Positions 40,993 to 50,896 are shown, numbered from the stretch's first letter. The stretch: DNA of 64,000 nt from an uncultured Solirubrobacterales bacterium (GCA_963744195.1 CAVUSY010000009.1:225720-289719); one strand, 5' to 3'. Made by a program: numbers and translations. The notes: generated by a model from the sequence alone, not told the origin.

Positions 40993-41018
40993 CGGGGCAA
41001 GCAGGGGCTACCCGAACG

Positions 41019-41744
41019 GTGAAGCCGGTACGCATCGGGTGCTCGGGCTGGAACTATGACGACTGGCGTGAGCGCTTCTACCCGCCGGGGGTGCCGCGGC
41101 GCCGCTGGCTGGAGTTCTACGCCGAGCACTTCGACACGGTCGAGGTCAACACGACGTTCTATCGGCTCCCCAACCGCGACTCGGTCGCCGCGTGGGTGAC
41201 CCAGACGCCCGATTCGTTCACGTTTGCGGTCAAGGCCAGCCGGTATCTGACCCACATCAAACGACTGACCGACCTCGGTCAGGGCATCGCCCGCTTCTAC
41301 GAGCGGATCGAGCCGTTGCAGCAGGCCGGGCGCCTGGGACCGGTGCTGTGGCAGCTGCCCGCGAACTTCCATCGCGATGATGAGCGGCTGCAGCGATGGC
41401 TCCAAGCGCTGCCCGAGGGTATGCACACGATCGAGTTCAGGCACCCGAGCTGGTTCGCGCCGCCGGTAATGGAGGCCCTGCGCCGGCGACAGGTGGCGCT
41501 GACGATCGGCGATCACCCCGACCGACCGTTTCAGACCCATGAAGCGACCGCGCCGTGGCGATTCGTGCGCTTTCACTACGGCGCCCGGGGGCGGGCCGGC
41601 AACTACTCGGCGACCGAGCTGTCAACCTGGGCGCGCCGGATCGCTCAGTGGCGGACGCAGACCGAGGTGTTCGCCTACTTCAACAACGATTGGCAAGGCT
41701 TCGCTCCGGCCAACGCGATGACTCTGCGCCGGGCCTTGTCCTAG
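41019..41744 (+). CDS. DUF72 family protein
   Basis: IGCSGW.Y, VEVNTTFY, FAVKA, LWQLP, EFRHPSW, VRFH, YFNND. Confidence 0.93.
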   Translation: MKPVRIGCSGWNYDDWRERFYPPGVPRRRWLEFYAEHFDTVEVNTTFYRLPNRDSVAAWVTQTPDSFTFAVKASRYLTHIKRLTDLGQGIARFYERIEPLQQAGRLGPVLWQLPANFHRDDERLQRWLQALPEGMHTIEFRHPSWFAPPVMEALRRRQVALTIGDHPDRPFQTHEATAPWRFVRFHYGARGRAGNYSATELSTWARRIAQWRTQTEVFAYFNNDWQGFAPANAMTLRRALS

Positions 41745-41762
41745 CGTGCTCCGCGAACCGCG

Positions 41763-42185
41763 CTAGGCGCCGGAGTTGCGCGAAACCTCGGCGCGATCAA
41801 CCGGGATGCCGAAGCGCTCGCGCAGCTGCGAGTCGTCGACGTCCTCGCGGTACAGCTGCTCGTCCCGGGGGTGGGAGAAGATCACGATCCGGTCGGCCTC
41901 GAAGGTCCGCAGGGCATCTTCCACGGCTTCGAGCGGGTCGCTCTCGCCGGTGTCGGCGCTGGCCGAGATGCCGGCGTCCCCGAGCTGATCGATGGTCTCA
42001 GACTCGACCGCCCGTGCCTTGCCGATCGCCTCGTCGGCGTCAGAGACCCAGAAGCGCAGCGCGTTCTCGTGCAGAGCCGGGGCGATGACCATGACCTCGG
42101 CGTCGGATGGGTCGGCTTCGGCGGGCAGCGCCGCCCGCAACTGGTCGGCGGAGATCGGTTCGGTGGTCAGGACGAGCAACTTCAT
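41763..42185 (-). CDS. Universal-stress-protein-like protein
   Basis: MKLLVL..., V.VIAPA, GESDPLEAVEDAL..F.ADRIVI, ERFGIPV. Confidence 0.7.
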   Translation of the reverse strand: MKLLVLTTEPISADQLRAALPAEADPSDAEVMVIAPALHENALRFWVSDADEAIGKARAVESETIDQLGDAGISASADTGESDPLEAVEDALRTFEADRIVIFSHPRDEQLYREDVDDSQLRERFGIPVDRAEVSRNSGA

Positions 42186-42195
42186 GGCTGCCGAG

Positions 42196-42223
42196 CTACC
42201 CGGCCCGTGCCGGCAGGTAAACC
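42196..42223 (-). promoter_or_regulatory. SigF/SigB-type promoter of the USP-like gene
   Basis: GGTTT-N17-GGGTAG, 10 nt upstream of ATG; matches the actinobacterial GTTT-N15-17-GGGTA consensus. Confidence 0.7.
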
Positions 42224-42305
42224 GTACGCTTGGCCTGGCCCGACGCTCGCCCAGCCGTGAGCGCGTCGATTGTTCCCCCGATAAGGGGGGTAGCACCCTG
42301 GCACC

Positions 42306-42482
42306 ATGCGCGCTGCGATCCAGTCCGGTCTTCGCGGCCCGGGGGTTCCCGGTCCGACTCCCCCCGGGCCGGACCCTCAGCCGCCCTCGCCCGGGCCGGG
42401 GCCCGGACCCGATCCGGCCCCGCCCAGCCCGGGACCGAGTCCCGGGCCGCTGCCACCCAATCCCAATCCCCGTCCGATCTAG
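42306..42482 (+). CDS. Small proline-rich protein (58 aa), absent from the ORF track
   Basis: MRAAIQSGLRGPGVPGPTPPGPDPQPPSPGPGPGPDPAPPSPGPSPGPLPPNPNPRPI; GATT-N16-GGGTAG upstream; fills the intergenic gap. Confidence 0.5.
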   Translation: MRAAIQSGLRGPGVPGPTPPGPDPQPPSPGPGPGPDPAPPSPGPSPGPLPPNPNPRPI

Positions 42483-42527
42483 CTAACGCCGCCCTCGCGG
42501 GCGATCCGCGTGGGCGGGTGGGGCCGG

Positions 42528-44321
42528 TTACCGGTAGAGCGAGTCGAAGCGCTCCAGATAGCGTTCGTTGATGACGTTGCGCTTTACCTTGAGGGTGGGG
42601 GTGAGTTCGCCGTCCTCGATCGAGAGGTCGCGTTCGAGGATCGTGAACCGCTTGATCTGCTCGACCTGGGCGTAGTTGGCGTTGGCCCGGTCCAGCTCTT
42701 TCTGGACCAGCTCGACGACCTCCTCGTTGACCGCTAGGTCGGCGACGTCCTCGGGTAGTCCGTGCTCCTGAGCCCAGGGCACGATCTCCTCGGCGTCGAG
42801 CGTGATCAGCGCGACCGGATAGGGGCGACGATCGCCGTGCATGACGGCCTGGGATATGAAGCGCGACTGCTTGAGGTCGTTCTCCAGGTTGGCCGGCGTG
42901 AGGTTCTTGCCGCCCGCGGTGATGATGATGTCCTTCTTGCGGCCGGTGATGCTGAGATACCCCTCTGCGTCGACCTCGCCGACGTCGCCGGTGTGAAGCC
43001 AGCCGTCGATCAGCGTCTCGGCGGTCGCCTCCGGATTGCGCCAGTACTCCCGAAACACGTTGGGGCCGCGCATCAGGATCTCGCCGTCCTCCGGCGCGAT
43101 CCGGACTTCGACCCCCGGCATCGGCCGGCCCACGGTGCCGAACTTGAAGTGCTCGAGGGTGGCGACCGTCCCGACCGCGGTGGTCTCGGTCATGCCCCAG
43201 CCCTCCAGGACGGGAACCCCGCAGGCGTAGAAGAACTCCAGGATCTCCGACGCGATCGGTGCGGCGCCGGTCACCGCCTGGCGGATCTGATCCCCGAACA
43301 GGGCCCGCACCCGCGCGAACAGGCGCTCATCGGCCTGCTCGAACGCGTGCGCCATATCCTCGGGCACCTCGTCGCCGTGGTCACGGCGACGACGGACCTC
43401 GACGCCGAGCTTGATGGCCTGCCGGAAACGCTGCTGGTCCTCCTCGCTGGACTGCTCCTGAAGCTTCATCGCGGCGGTGTAGAGCTTCTCGAAGATCCGC
43501 GGCACCGAGGGCAGATAGGTCGGGTGGGTCTCGACCAGCTCGGCGATCACCTGCTTGGTGTCACCCCCGTAGTAGATGATCGTGGTGCCCTGATCAAACG
43601 AGGCCAGCTGAGCGGTCAGAGCGAAGGCATGGGCGAGCGGAAGGAACAGGTACGTCGCCTCGCCCGGCTGAACGAACGAGATCTCCTCGACCATCTCGCA
43701 CACCGACATCGCGTTGCGATGAGTGAGCACCACCCCCTTGGGGGGACCGGTAGTGCCCGACGTGTAGATGATCGTGTAGGGGTCCTCGGGGTCCACCGCA
43801 GCCTGGCGGTCGCTGAGCACCGCCGGATCGATCGACTTGCCGCGCCGGCGCAGCTCATCGAGGGGGATCTCGCCGCCGTCAGGCTCGATCGCGATCGTGG
43901 CGATCAGATCCGGAAGCTCACCGCGCACCTGCTCGATCTTGGCGAGCTGGCCCGCGTTCTCGCAGAACACCGCGCGGGTCCCCGAGTTGCCGAGCACCCA
44001 TTCGCATTCGCGGGGCGAGTTGGTCGGATACACGGGCACCACCACGGCCCCCGCAGCCGAGATGGCATAGCTGGCCAGGGTCCACTCGAGCCGCGTATCG
44101 GCGAGGATGGCCACGCGGTCGCCCGCCTCGATCCCGAGCTCGATCAGGCCCAGCGCGATGGCGTCAATCGCGCGAGTGACCTCGGCGTAGCTCAGCTCGC
44201 GCCATTCGCCCTCGAGCTTGTACCGCGCGGCAACCCGGTCGCCGAAGCGCTCGGCCGCCGATGCCGGAAGCGTCGCGACGGTGACGGCGCTCGCCTTGGC
44301 TTCGGGGGTCGTCTTGCTCAT
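42528..44321 (-). CDS. Long-chain fatty acid-CoA ligase
   Basis: YTSGTTGPPKG, EGWGMTET, WLHTGD, GRKKD, LTPTLKVKR; SD AGGAG. Confidence 0.94.
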   Translation of the reverse strand: MSKTTPEAKASAVTVATLPASAAERFGDRVAARYKLEGEWRELSYAEVTRAIDAIALGLIELGIEAGDRVAILADTRLEWTLASYAISAAGAVVVPVYPTNSPRECEWVLGNSGTRAVFCENAGQLAKIEQVRGELPDLIATIAIEPDGGEIPLDELRRRGKSIDPAVLSDRQAAVDPEDPYTIIYTSGTTGPPKGVVLTHRNAMSVCEMVEEISFVQPGEATYLFLPLAHAFALTAQLASFDQGTTIIYYGGDTKQVIAELVETHPTYLPSVPRIFEKLYTAAMKLQEQSSEEDQQRFRQAIKLGVEVRRRRDHGDEVPEDMAHAFEQADERLFARVRALFGDQIRQAVTGAAPIASEILEFFYACGVPVLEGWGMTETTAVGTVATLEHFKFGTVGRPMPGVEVRIAPEDGEILMRGPNVFREYWRNPEATAETLIDGWLHTGDVGEVDAEGYLSITGRKKDIIITAGGKNLTPANLENDLKQSRFISQAVMHGDRRPYPVALITLDAEEIVPWAQEHGLPEDVADLAVNEEVVELVQKELDRANANYAQVEQIKRFTILERDLSIEDGELTPTLKVKRNVINERYLERFDSLYR

Positions 44322-44378
44322 CTCACTCCTCCTCAAACGGTGTGCGTGGAGCGAACTCTCGCACGTCTGGCCTCTGGG

Positions 44379-45122
44379 CTAATGGATCGCCCCGCCGCGG
44401 CGATCGCGAAGCCGGCCGCCGGCCCGTCCGTGGCGGACCGCCACGACCTCGGCCATGATCGACAACGCCACCTCCTCGGAGCTCAGTGCCCCGAGGTCCA
44501 GCCCGACCGGGGCGCTGATCCGGGTCAGGTCAGCTTCCTGGACCCCGGCGGCGAGGAGCCGCTCGCGGCGTGAGTCCTGCGCGCGCTTGGATCCCATCGC
44601 GCCGATGTAGGCGGGCTCGGCGGCCAGCGCCAGGGTGAGCACCTCGTCGTCGATCTTGGGGTCGTGCGTGAGGACCGCGACGTAGGTCGCGGGGTCGAGG
44701 CCTCCGAGCTGCTCGAGCGCGCTGTGCGGCCACGCGACCACGACCCGGAGCGCATCGGGGAACCGCTCCGGGGTGGCAAACGCCGCGCGCGGATCGATCA
44801 CGTACGGTCGCCAACCGGTCACCCGAGCCAGGTGGCTGAGGTGGTTGGCGTGCTCGACGGCGCCGAAGATCAGCAGGCGGGGAGCCGGGGCGGTGACGTC
44901 GATGAACAGATCCCCGCGCATCTGCGACTGCTCGATCCAGATCAGTTCGCGGGCGTGAGCGAGCGCCTCCGCCTCGAGCTCGGCACCGTCCAACCCGCCC
45001 TCGGTCGTCCCGTCCGCGCGGACCAGGAGCCGGCTCCCGGCGTGGGGTCCGCGGACAGCGGTGACCAGCGCGGCGCGACCGTCCGCGCGAGCGATGTCGG
45101 CGAACGATCCCTGCGCGCTCAC
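44379..45122 (-). CDS. XdhC family protein, C-terminal part
   Basis: RLLIFGA, THDPKIDD, YIGAMGS, APVGLDLGA...VALSIMAE; GTGA overlap with the upstream gene. Confidence 0.9.
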   Translation of the reverse strand: MSAQGSFADIARADGRAALVTAVRGPHAGSRLLVRADGTTEGGLDGAELEAEALAHARELIWIEQSQMRGDLFIDVTAPAPRLLIFGAVEHANHLSHLARVTGWRPYVIDPRAAFATPERFPDALRVVVAWPHSALEQLGGLDPATYVAVLTHDPKIDDEVLTLALAAEPAYIGAMGSKRAQDSRRERLLAAGVQEADLTRISAPVGLDLGALSSEEVALSIMAEVVAVRHGRAGGRLRDRRGGAIH

Positions 45123-45433
45123 GGCTCGTAGCGCTCGACCCAGACGTCGATCTCGCCGCCGCACGGCAGCCCCACGTCCCAGGCATCGCTGTCGGGGATG
45201 CCGTAATGCACCAGGCGCGGCTCGCCGCCGGCCAGAACCTGCTCGGCCACCTCCACGACGGCGCCCTCGACGCAGCCGCCGGACACCGCGCCGTAGACCT
45301 CGCGGCGGTCGTTGATGGCCATCTTGGAGCCGGGGGGGCGTGGCGCGGAGCGCTTGACCGCGACCACCGTCGCCAGCGCCACGCGGTCGCCGCGGGCCAC
45401 CCAGTGGTCAACCTGCTCGATTACGTCCTTCAT
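45119..45433 (-). CDS. XdhC/CoxI family protein, N-terminal part
   Basis: SAPRPPGSKM, VSGGCVE, VGLPCGG. Confidence 0.9.
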   Translation of the reverse strand: MKDVIEQVDHWVARGDRVALATVVAVKRSAPRPPGSKMAINDRREVYGAVSGGCVEGAVVEVAEQVLAGGEPRLVHYGIPDSDAWDVGLPCGGEIDVWVERYEP

Positions 45434-45538
45434 AGCGCCGCGAGCTTACTCGTGATCGACCGGCTGGGTGATGCGAACGGATGATCGAGCGCTAGGCTGC
45501 CATGCGGCTCCGCCTTGTCGGCACAATAGACTGCCGCG

Positions 45539-46096
45539 ATGGCTCTGGCGGCGGGGACTTACCGGCTGGGACCGGACGATGGGACGCTCAGCGATTCGCA
45601 CCGGACGCGGCGGCGCCGTCGCCAAGGCGGGCCATGATCTCGTCATCCACGTCACCACCTGGGAGGGGACGCTGGACGATCGGCGAGGACTCCGCTCCGA
45701 CCGCGATCGCGCTTGACGCCGACGCGGGCTCGCTGGTGGTGCGCGAGGGCACGGGGGGGATGAAGGCGCTCGGCGAAGACGACAAGGCGGGGATCAAGCA
45801 GACGATCGACGAGGACGTGCTGCGAGGCGGCCCGATACGGTTTCGCTCCAGCGAGGTGCAAGTCAGGGGCCGACGGCGAGCACCACACGGTGCGGGGAGA
45901 GCTGACTCTGGTCGGCAACGTCCGTCCGACCGAGTTCGAGCTTGTCGTGCACGGCGACGAAGTGAGCGGCTCGGCACGGATCAAACAGAGCGACTGGGGG
46001 ATCAAGCCTTACTCGGCGCTGTTTGGCGCCCTCAAGGTCGCCGACGAGGTCGAGGTTTCGGTCGAGGCCACGCTGCCGGCGCCCCTTCGTCGTTGA
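45539..46096 (+). CDS. YceI family protein, frameshifts near 45592, 45677 and 45870
   Basis: Joined frames: MALAAGTYRLGP...AKAGHDL...IRFRS...GELTL...QSDWGIKPYSALFGALKVADEV; TAGACT box 6 nt upstream of ATG. Confidence 0.8.
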
Positions 46097-46147
46097 ACGC
46101 CAAACGCCTGGGTCGAATCCGCGCCGGGGAAGTTCGGCGGCGCCGAC

Positions 46148-47506
46148 CTACTTGGTGTGGGTGATGAGAGCGCGTAGCTGCGCCACCTCGGCCTTTAGCT
46201 GGTTGACCTGATCCTGCAGCCGGCGGGTGGTGGCCGTGGACCCGTTCGCAGGGGGCGCGCTCCCGGGCGCGGGAGCGGTTCCCAGCTGTCCGCTTGCGTT
46301 GATCACGACCTCTTTGGCGGTACCGGGGACGGTGACGCCATTGACCCCGGCCAAGAACGTGGCAGTCTGGGTTCCCGGCGTGCCGATCCGGATCTTGCCC
46401 GCCTCGCCCGCGATCCCTTTGTTGGAGATGTCGATGTTGCTCGAGCCGGTGGTCAGGTTCAGGCCCGCGCCATCGCCCAGCGCGACGTTGTTGCGGCCGG
46501 TCGTGTTAAAGAACAGGGCGTCGGTGCCGCTCGCGACGTTACCGAGGCCGGTGGTGTCAGACAGCAGCGCCTCGACGCCGCTGGCCACATTGTTGTTGCC
46601 GGTGGTGTTGTTCAAAAGCGCGTGGTAGCCGCCCGCGACGTTGCCGCTACCGCTGGTGTTTGAGAACAGCGCGTCGGTGCCGCTGGCCAGGTTCTCGCTG
46701 CCGGTTTTGTTGAGAAGCATGGCGTTCAGTCCGCTCGCTAGGTTGTCGTGGCCGGTGGTGTTGTTGGTCAAGGCCTGAGAGCCGGTGGCCAGGTCACCCA
46801 CCCCAGTGCTGTTAGAGGCCAGCGCCTCAAACCCCACGGCGACGTTGTTATCGGTCGTGTTGCTGCCCAGCGCCCGATAGCCGATCGCCACGTTATTGCT
46901 GCCATGCACGTTGCTGCCCAGCGCCCCCAACCCAGTCGCGACATTGCCCGAACCATCAACGTTCCCCAACAGCGCCTGGTAGCCGCTGGCGGTGTTACAG
47001 CAGCCCGAGACGTTCGTAAAGAGAGCCTCAAAACCGCTCGCCACGTTGGCATGGCCGTCGTTATTTCTGTTCAGCGCGAGACCGCCGATGGCAACGTTCT
47101 CGTCGCCGGTGGTGCCAGATTGCATCGCGCCGCTGCCGATGCCAACGTTGTCGCTGGCCGTGTTGGCCTCCAGGGCGGCCACGCCGATCGCGACGTTGCC
47201 CCCGCCGGAAGTGTCTGATTGGAGGGCGAAGTTGCCGATGGCAATGTTGGAAGTGCCGCTCGTCAGAGCCGGCATCATGCGGGGCCCCAGCGCAGCGTTA
47301 TCCGACCCGGTGACGTGCGAGCCCCACGTCGAGCAGCTCGGCGAGACAAGATTTCCCTCGCACACGTTCCCATTGGCGTCCTGGTAGTCCGCCGCGCGGC
47401 TGACCGCTGCGCCCCAAACCAACCCGGCGGTCGCCGCGAGCAGCGCGGCGATCACGGTCAGCGCCATGCGCCGAACCCGCCGGAGCTCTGCCACCTGTCC
47501 GAACAT
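46148..47506 (-). CDS. Secreted beta-solenoid repeat protein with C-terminal coiled coil
   Basis: Signal peptide, about 17 repeats of 16-17 aa (xxNVAxGxxALxxNTTG), terminal LQDQVNQLKAEVAQLRAL. Confidence 0.8.
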   Translation of the reverse strand: MFGQVAELRRVRRMALTVIAALLAATAGLVWGAAVSRAADYQDANGNVCEGNLVSPSCSTWGSHVTGSDNAALGPRMMPALTSGTSNIAIGNFALQSDTSGGGNVAIGVAALEANTASDNVGIGSGAMQSGTTGDENVAIGGLALNRNNDGHANVASGFEALFTNVSGCCNTASGYQALLGNVDGSGNVATGLGALGSNVHGSNNVAIGYRALGSNTTDNNVAVGFEALASNSTGVGDLATGSQALTNNTTGHDNLASGLNAMLLNKTGSENLASGTDALFSNTSGSGNVAGGYHALLNNTTGNNNVASGVEALLSDTTGLGNVASGTDALFFNTTGRNNVALGDGAGLNLTTGSSNIDISNKGIAGEAGKIRIGTPGTQTATFLAGVNGVTVPGTAKEVVINASGQLGTAPAPGSAPPANGSTATTRRLQDQVNQLKAEVAQLRALITHTK

Positions 47507-47621
47507 GATTCCCCCGTTCCTGGTCCTGTCGACCGTTGTGGCGACGCGAGCGCGCCGGGGGAAGAGTCTGCCCGTCCGCAACAACGAGCGCAACCGCTCC
47601 GTCAGGGCTCAATGGCTTTGA

Positions 47622-47694
47622 CGCGCCCGGCAGGATTTGAACCTGCGACCTTCCGCTCCGGAGGCGGACGCTCTATCCCCTGAGCTACGGGCGC
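47622..47694 (-). tRNA. tRNA-Arg(CCG)
   Basis: GCGCCCGTAGCTCAGGGGATAGAGCGTCCGCCTCCGGAGCGGAAGGTCGCAGGTTCAAATCCTGCCGGGCGCG folds as a cloverleaf; anticodon CCG; CCA not encoded. Confidence 0.97.
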
Positions 47695-47725
47695 TGGGAT
47701 CGGGGAAGATCCCGGCCAGCTTACC

Positions 47726-48214
47726 GTGGAGATCGCGATCGTCTCGGATACGCACATGCCGCGCGGCGCCCGGCGGCTGCCGAGGTCGTGCGAAGCCGTG
47801 CTGCGGCGGGCCGATCTCATCGTCCACGCGGGCGACTTCTGCAGCCTCTCGGTGCTGAACGAGCTCCGCTCGCTCGGCCCGGTCGTGGCCGTGTACGGCA
47901 ACGTCGACGAGCCCGCCGTCCGTGCCGTCCTGCCCGACACCGCCACGGTCGAGGCGGGGGCGTGGCGCATCGGGGTCATCCACGACGCCGGACCGGCCCG
48001 GGGGCGGCTCGAGCGTCTGCGCCGGCGGTTCCCGGGCGCGGACGCCGTGATCTTCGGTCACTCGCACCTCCCTCTGCACGAGCGCGGCCCCGATGGCTTT
48101 CAGATCTTCAATCCCGGCAGCCCCACCGAGCGGCGCCGTGCCCCTCAGCACACCATGGGAATCGCGTATGCGAGCGAGGCGGAGCTGCGCTTTGAACCGG
48201 TGGGGCTCGGCTGA
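47726..48214 (+). CDS. YfcE-like metallophosphoesterase
   Basis: SDTH, HAGD, GNVD, GHSH, NPGS. Confidence 0.92.
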   Translation: MEIAIVSDTHMPRGARRLPRSCEAVLRRADLIVHAGDFCSLSVLNELRSLGPVVAVYGNVDEPAVRAVLPDTATVEAGAWRIGVIHDAGPARGRLERLRRRFPGADAVIFGHSHLPLHERGPDGFQIFNPGSPTERRRAPQHTMGIAYASEAELRFEPVGLG

Positions 48215-48272
48215 CTGGCGGGCGCGGCTCGCGGACTGACGGGGGCGGCTCGGCTGGCAGACTGCAGCGGCG

Positions 48273-49246
48273 ATGGACCTCTCGATCTTCTTCGCCGGCA
48301 CCGGCGGCTCGGCTCCGACCGCTCGGCGCGGACTGCCCGCACTGCTCGTGCGCCGCGGCGGCGACCGGATCCTGTTCGACTGCGGCGAGGGGACGCAGCG
48401 CCAGCTGGTCAGCTCGGTTGGCCTGACCGACCTGACCGAGATCTTTCTGACGCCACTTTCACGCCGATCACTGGCTGGGGCTGCCGGGCATGCTCAAGAC
48501 CTTCGATCTGCGCGGCCGGGAGCGGCCGCTGGCGATCCACGGCCCTCCCGGGCTGGGCGCATTGCTGAGCCTGGTCTTGCGCATGGCGGGTCGGGTGGGG
48601 TTCGAGCTGACCGTGGTGGAGGTCGAGCCGGGCGACGTGCTGGCGCGGGACGGCTACCGGATTGCGCCGGTGGCGGTCGCGCACCGGGGGCCGGCGCTGG
48701 GGTACGCGTTGTTTGAGGACGTGCGCCCGGGCGTGTTCGATCCCGAGCGCGCCGTCGCGTTGGGGCTCCAGCCGGGGCCGGAGTTCGGTCGGGTTCAGCG
48801 GGGCGAGACGATCCGCGACGTGCGTCCCGATCAGGTCATGGGGGAGCCCCGGCCGGGTCGCAAGATCGTCCTCTCGGGCGATACGACGCCGTGCCGATCG
48901 CTCCAGATCGCCGCCCACCGAGCCGACGTGCTGGTCCACGAGGCCACCTTCGCCGAAGAGGAGCGCGAGCGCGCGGACGAGACCGGGCACTCGACGGCGG
49001 CCCAGGCCGCCACCATCGCTCGTGACGCCGAGGTGACGATGCTGGCGCTCAATCACGTCTCCATGCGTCATCCGGTCGGGGTACTTCGCGCCGAGGCGCG
49101 GGAGGTCTTTGCCCGGACGGTGATTCCGCGTGACTTCGACACGATCGAGATCCCGTTCGCTGAGCGCGGGCGAGCCTGCGCTGGTGCGCTGGGACGCCCG
49201 GGCGACGACGCTCGAGGCGCCCCCGGCGGCCCCGCCGGCGCCGTGA
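48273..49246 (+). CDS. rnz: Ribonuclease Z, frameshifts near 48452 and 49169
   Basis: FDCGEGTQRQ; THFHADH restored by removing one base; SGDT, HEATF, HST, NHVSMR. Corrected end ERGEPALVRW...TGA at 49246. Confidence 0.9.
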
Positions 49247-49314
49247 CCGCGGTCTTCGCGAGCGGCGGCAGCCGCGCGCGCCTCGGCTGCGAATCGGCCG
49301 CGGCGCTTAACGCA

Positions 49315-49342
49315 GAAGGGGCCGGCGTGAACCGGCCCCTTC
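49315..49342. terminator. Intrinsic terminator hairpin between convergent genes
   Basis: GAAGGGGCCGG-cgtgaa-CCGGCCCCTTC perfect 11-bp stem. Confidence 0.75.
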
Positions 49343-49377
49343 CTGGCTGCTTGGGTTGTAGTGTGGGCTGCTGGTGC

Positions 49378-50664
49378 TTACCGGCCCGGAGCTAGCTCGG
49401 GGGGTGGGGGATAGGCGGCCGCAGACGCGCTGGCCACCTGGATGTCAGATCCGATCGGCAGGCCTGCGGTTGGGCCCTTGACGGTGATCTCGATCATCCG
49501 GACCGTGATGCTGTTGCCGGCGTCTGGATCACCCGGTTCAGCCAGACGGTGATGCCGCCGAGGCTGATCTTGGTGTTCGGTGGGACGTCAGCGGGAATCG
49601 CGTTCCCGTTGACGTTCGAGATTCGTGAACGTAGTCCCGGCCTCGTCGAGGCTGACCGTGGAGCCCGTGATCGAGGCGTGGGCGTCGGCCTTGATGGCAT
49701 CGACGGTGACCAGGCCCGACAGCAGATTCACGTTCTGAACCGTCGCGGTGCTCTCCGACGTGGACGTCGGCGTACCGAGTGTCCCGTTCGCGGTGTTGGC
49801 CGCCGTGCCGGTGGACAGGATCCCCGGGACGTTGGTGCTCGCGGCCCCGTTGGTCACGGTCTTGCCGCTTGGTGCTCCCGCAGAAGCCCACCGCGAATTC
49901 CTGCCCCGCGGTGATCAGGGTGCCAACATGCGCCGAGGCGCTGAACGCCGAACCCCGAAGGGTCGGAGAGTCGGCGCTGGGGACCTCGGTGAGGCCGCTC
50001 GCGGCGTGTCCGACGATGATCCGCGTCCCGGCCGGGATGCCGGGCAGCGCCGTGGTCACGGTGATGTCGATCATGTTCACCGTCAGCGTAAGCGCCGGTG
50101 GACGTGGTGTGCATGGTCTGCTCGTTGAGCACGACCTTGCCGATTCCCGGCAGAGGCAGGGTGGTGTTGGGGGCCGGCATGAGCAGGATCGGCACGCCGG
50201 CGACTTCAGCCCGGCGAAGCCGGAGCCGGCGCCGCTGGGGTGATAGCCCGGTGGCATCAAAGCTCGTCTGACTGACGGCGTGGATCCCGCCGGCGGTCAC
50301 CGCGCCCGCGAGGGCGCTGGACGTTGGCGATGTTCGACGTGGACTTCGACAGCGTCGGGCCACTGGCTGGTCCGGTGTTCACCGAGGTGTTGATGGCGCC
50401 GGCCTGAGCGACGCCGGTGATGTTCACGCCGGCCGTGGTGTTGGTGCCTCGTGAAGCCCGGGCGGTGCCTGCGGAGCGCAGGGCAGTCCGACTGGGACTG
50501 CTCTGGCCGGACTGGACCGTGTTGGCCACGTTGGCGCAGGTTCCGAACGCGCTGCCCTGATAGGACTGCCCCGGAAGCGGGGCGGCGGCAGCGGTGCCGA
50601 CCAGACCGATCGACATCGCGAGAACTGACAGCGCGATCAACCCGCGCATAGCCCTCTTCTTCAT
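49378..50664 (-). CDS. Secreted two-repeat beta-rich protein (choice-of-anchor P-like), several frameshifts
   Basis: MKKRAMRGL... signal peptide with SD GAAGGAG; twice-repeated pattern GSAF...VVLNEQ/VWLNRV...LTVNMIDITV/ITVRMIEITV...I.V..A. Confidence 0.65.
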
Positions 50665-50896
50665 GCTGGTGCTCCTTCCGCCCCGAAGGGCTGTTTGGTA
50701 AAGCTTCTTTCTGCGTTCCCCTCCTGTGTCGTACGAGTCAGCAAAAAAGGGGTCTAACGGGCGCGATCGTGGACACATGTACGAGACTGTTCGGCGGAGA
50801 GCGGCGCCGCCGCGCGCGAGCGGCGGGCCGCGCGGCGGCGGACCGGGAGGTCGCGGGCGTACGCCGGAGGCGCTGCTAGGCTGACCTGAAGTCAGC

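Noticed and set aside
44379-45433. Split XdhC as a pseudogene or novelty
   Set aside because: A clean GTGA overlap indicates two coupled genes, and two-gene XdhC arrangements are not unusual.
46110-46130. GGGTCGAATCCGCGCCGGG resembling the tRNA-Arg 3' end as an att site
   Set aside because: It is inverted relative to the tRNA, matches imperfectly, and no integrase is present.
50665-50800. c-di-GMP or c-di-AMP riboswitch
   Set aside because: The conserved aptamer nucleotides could not be identified.
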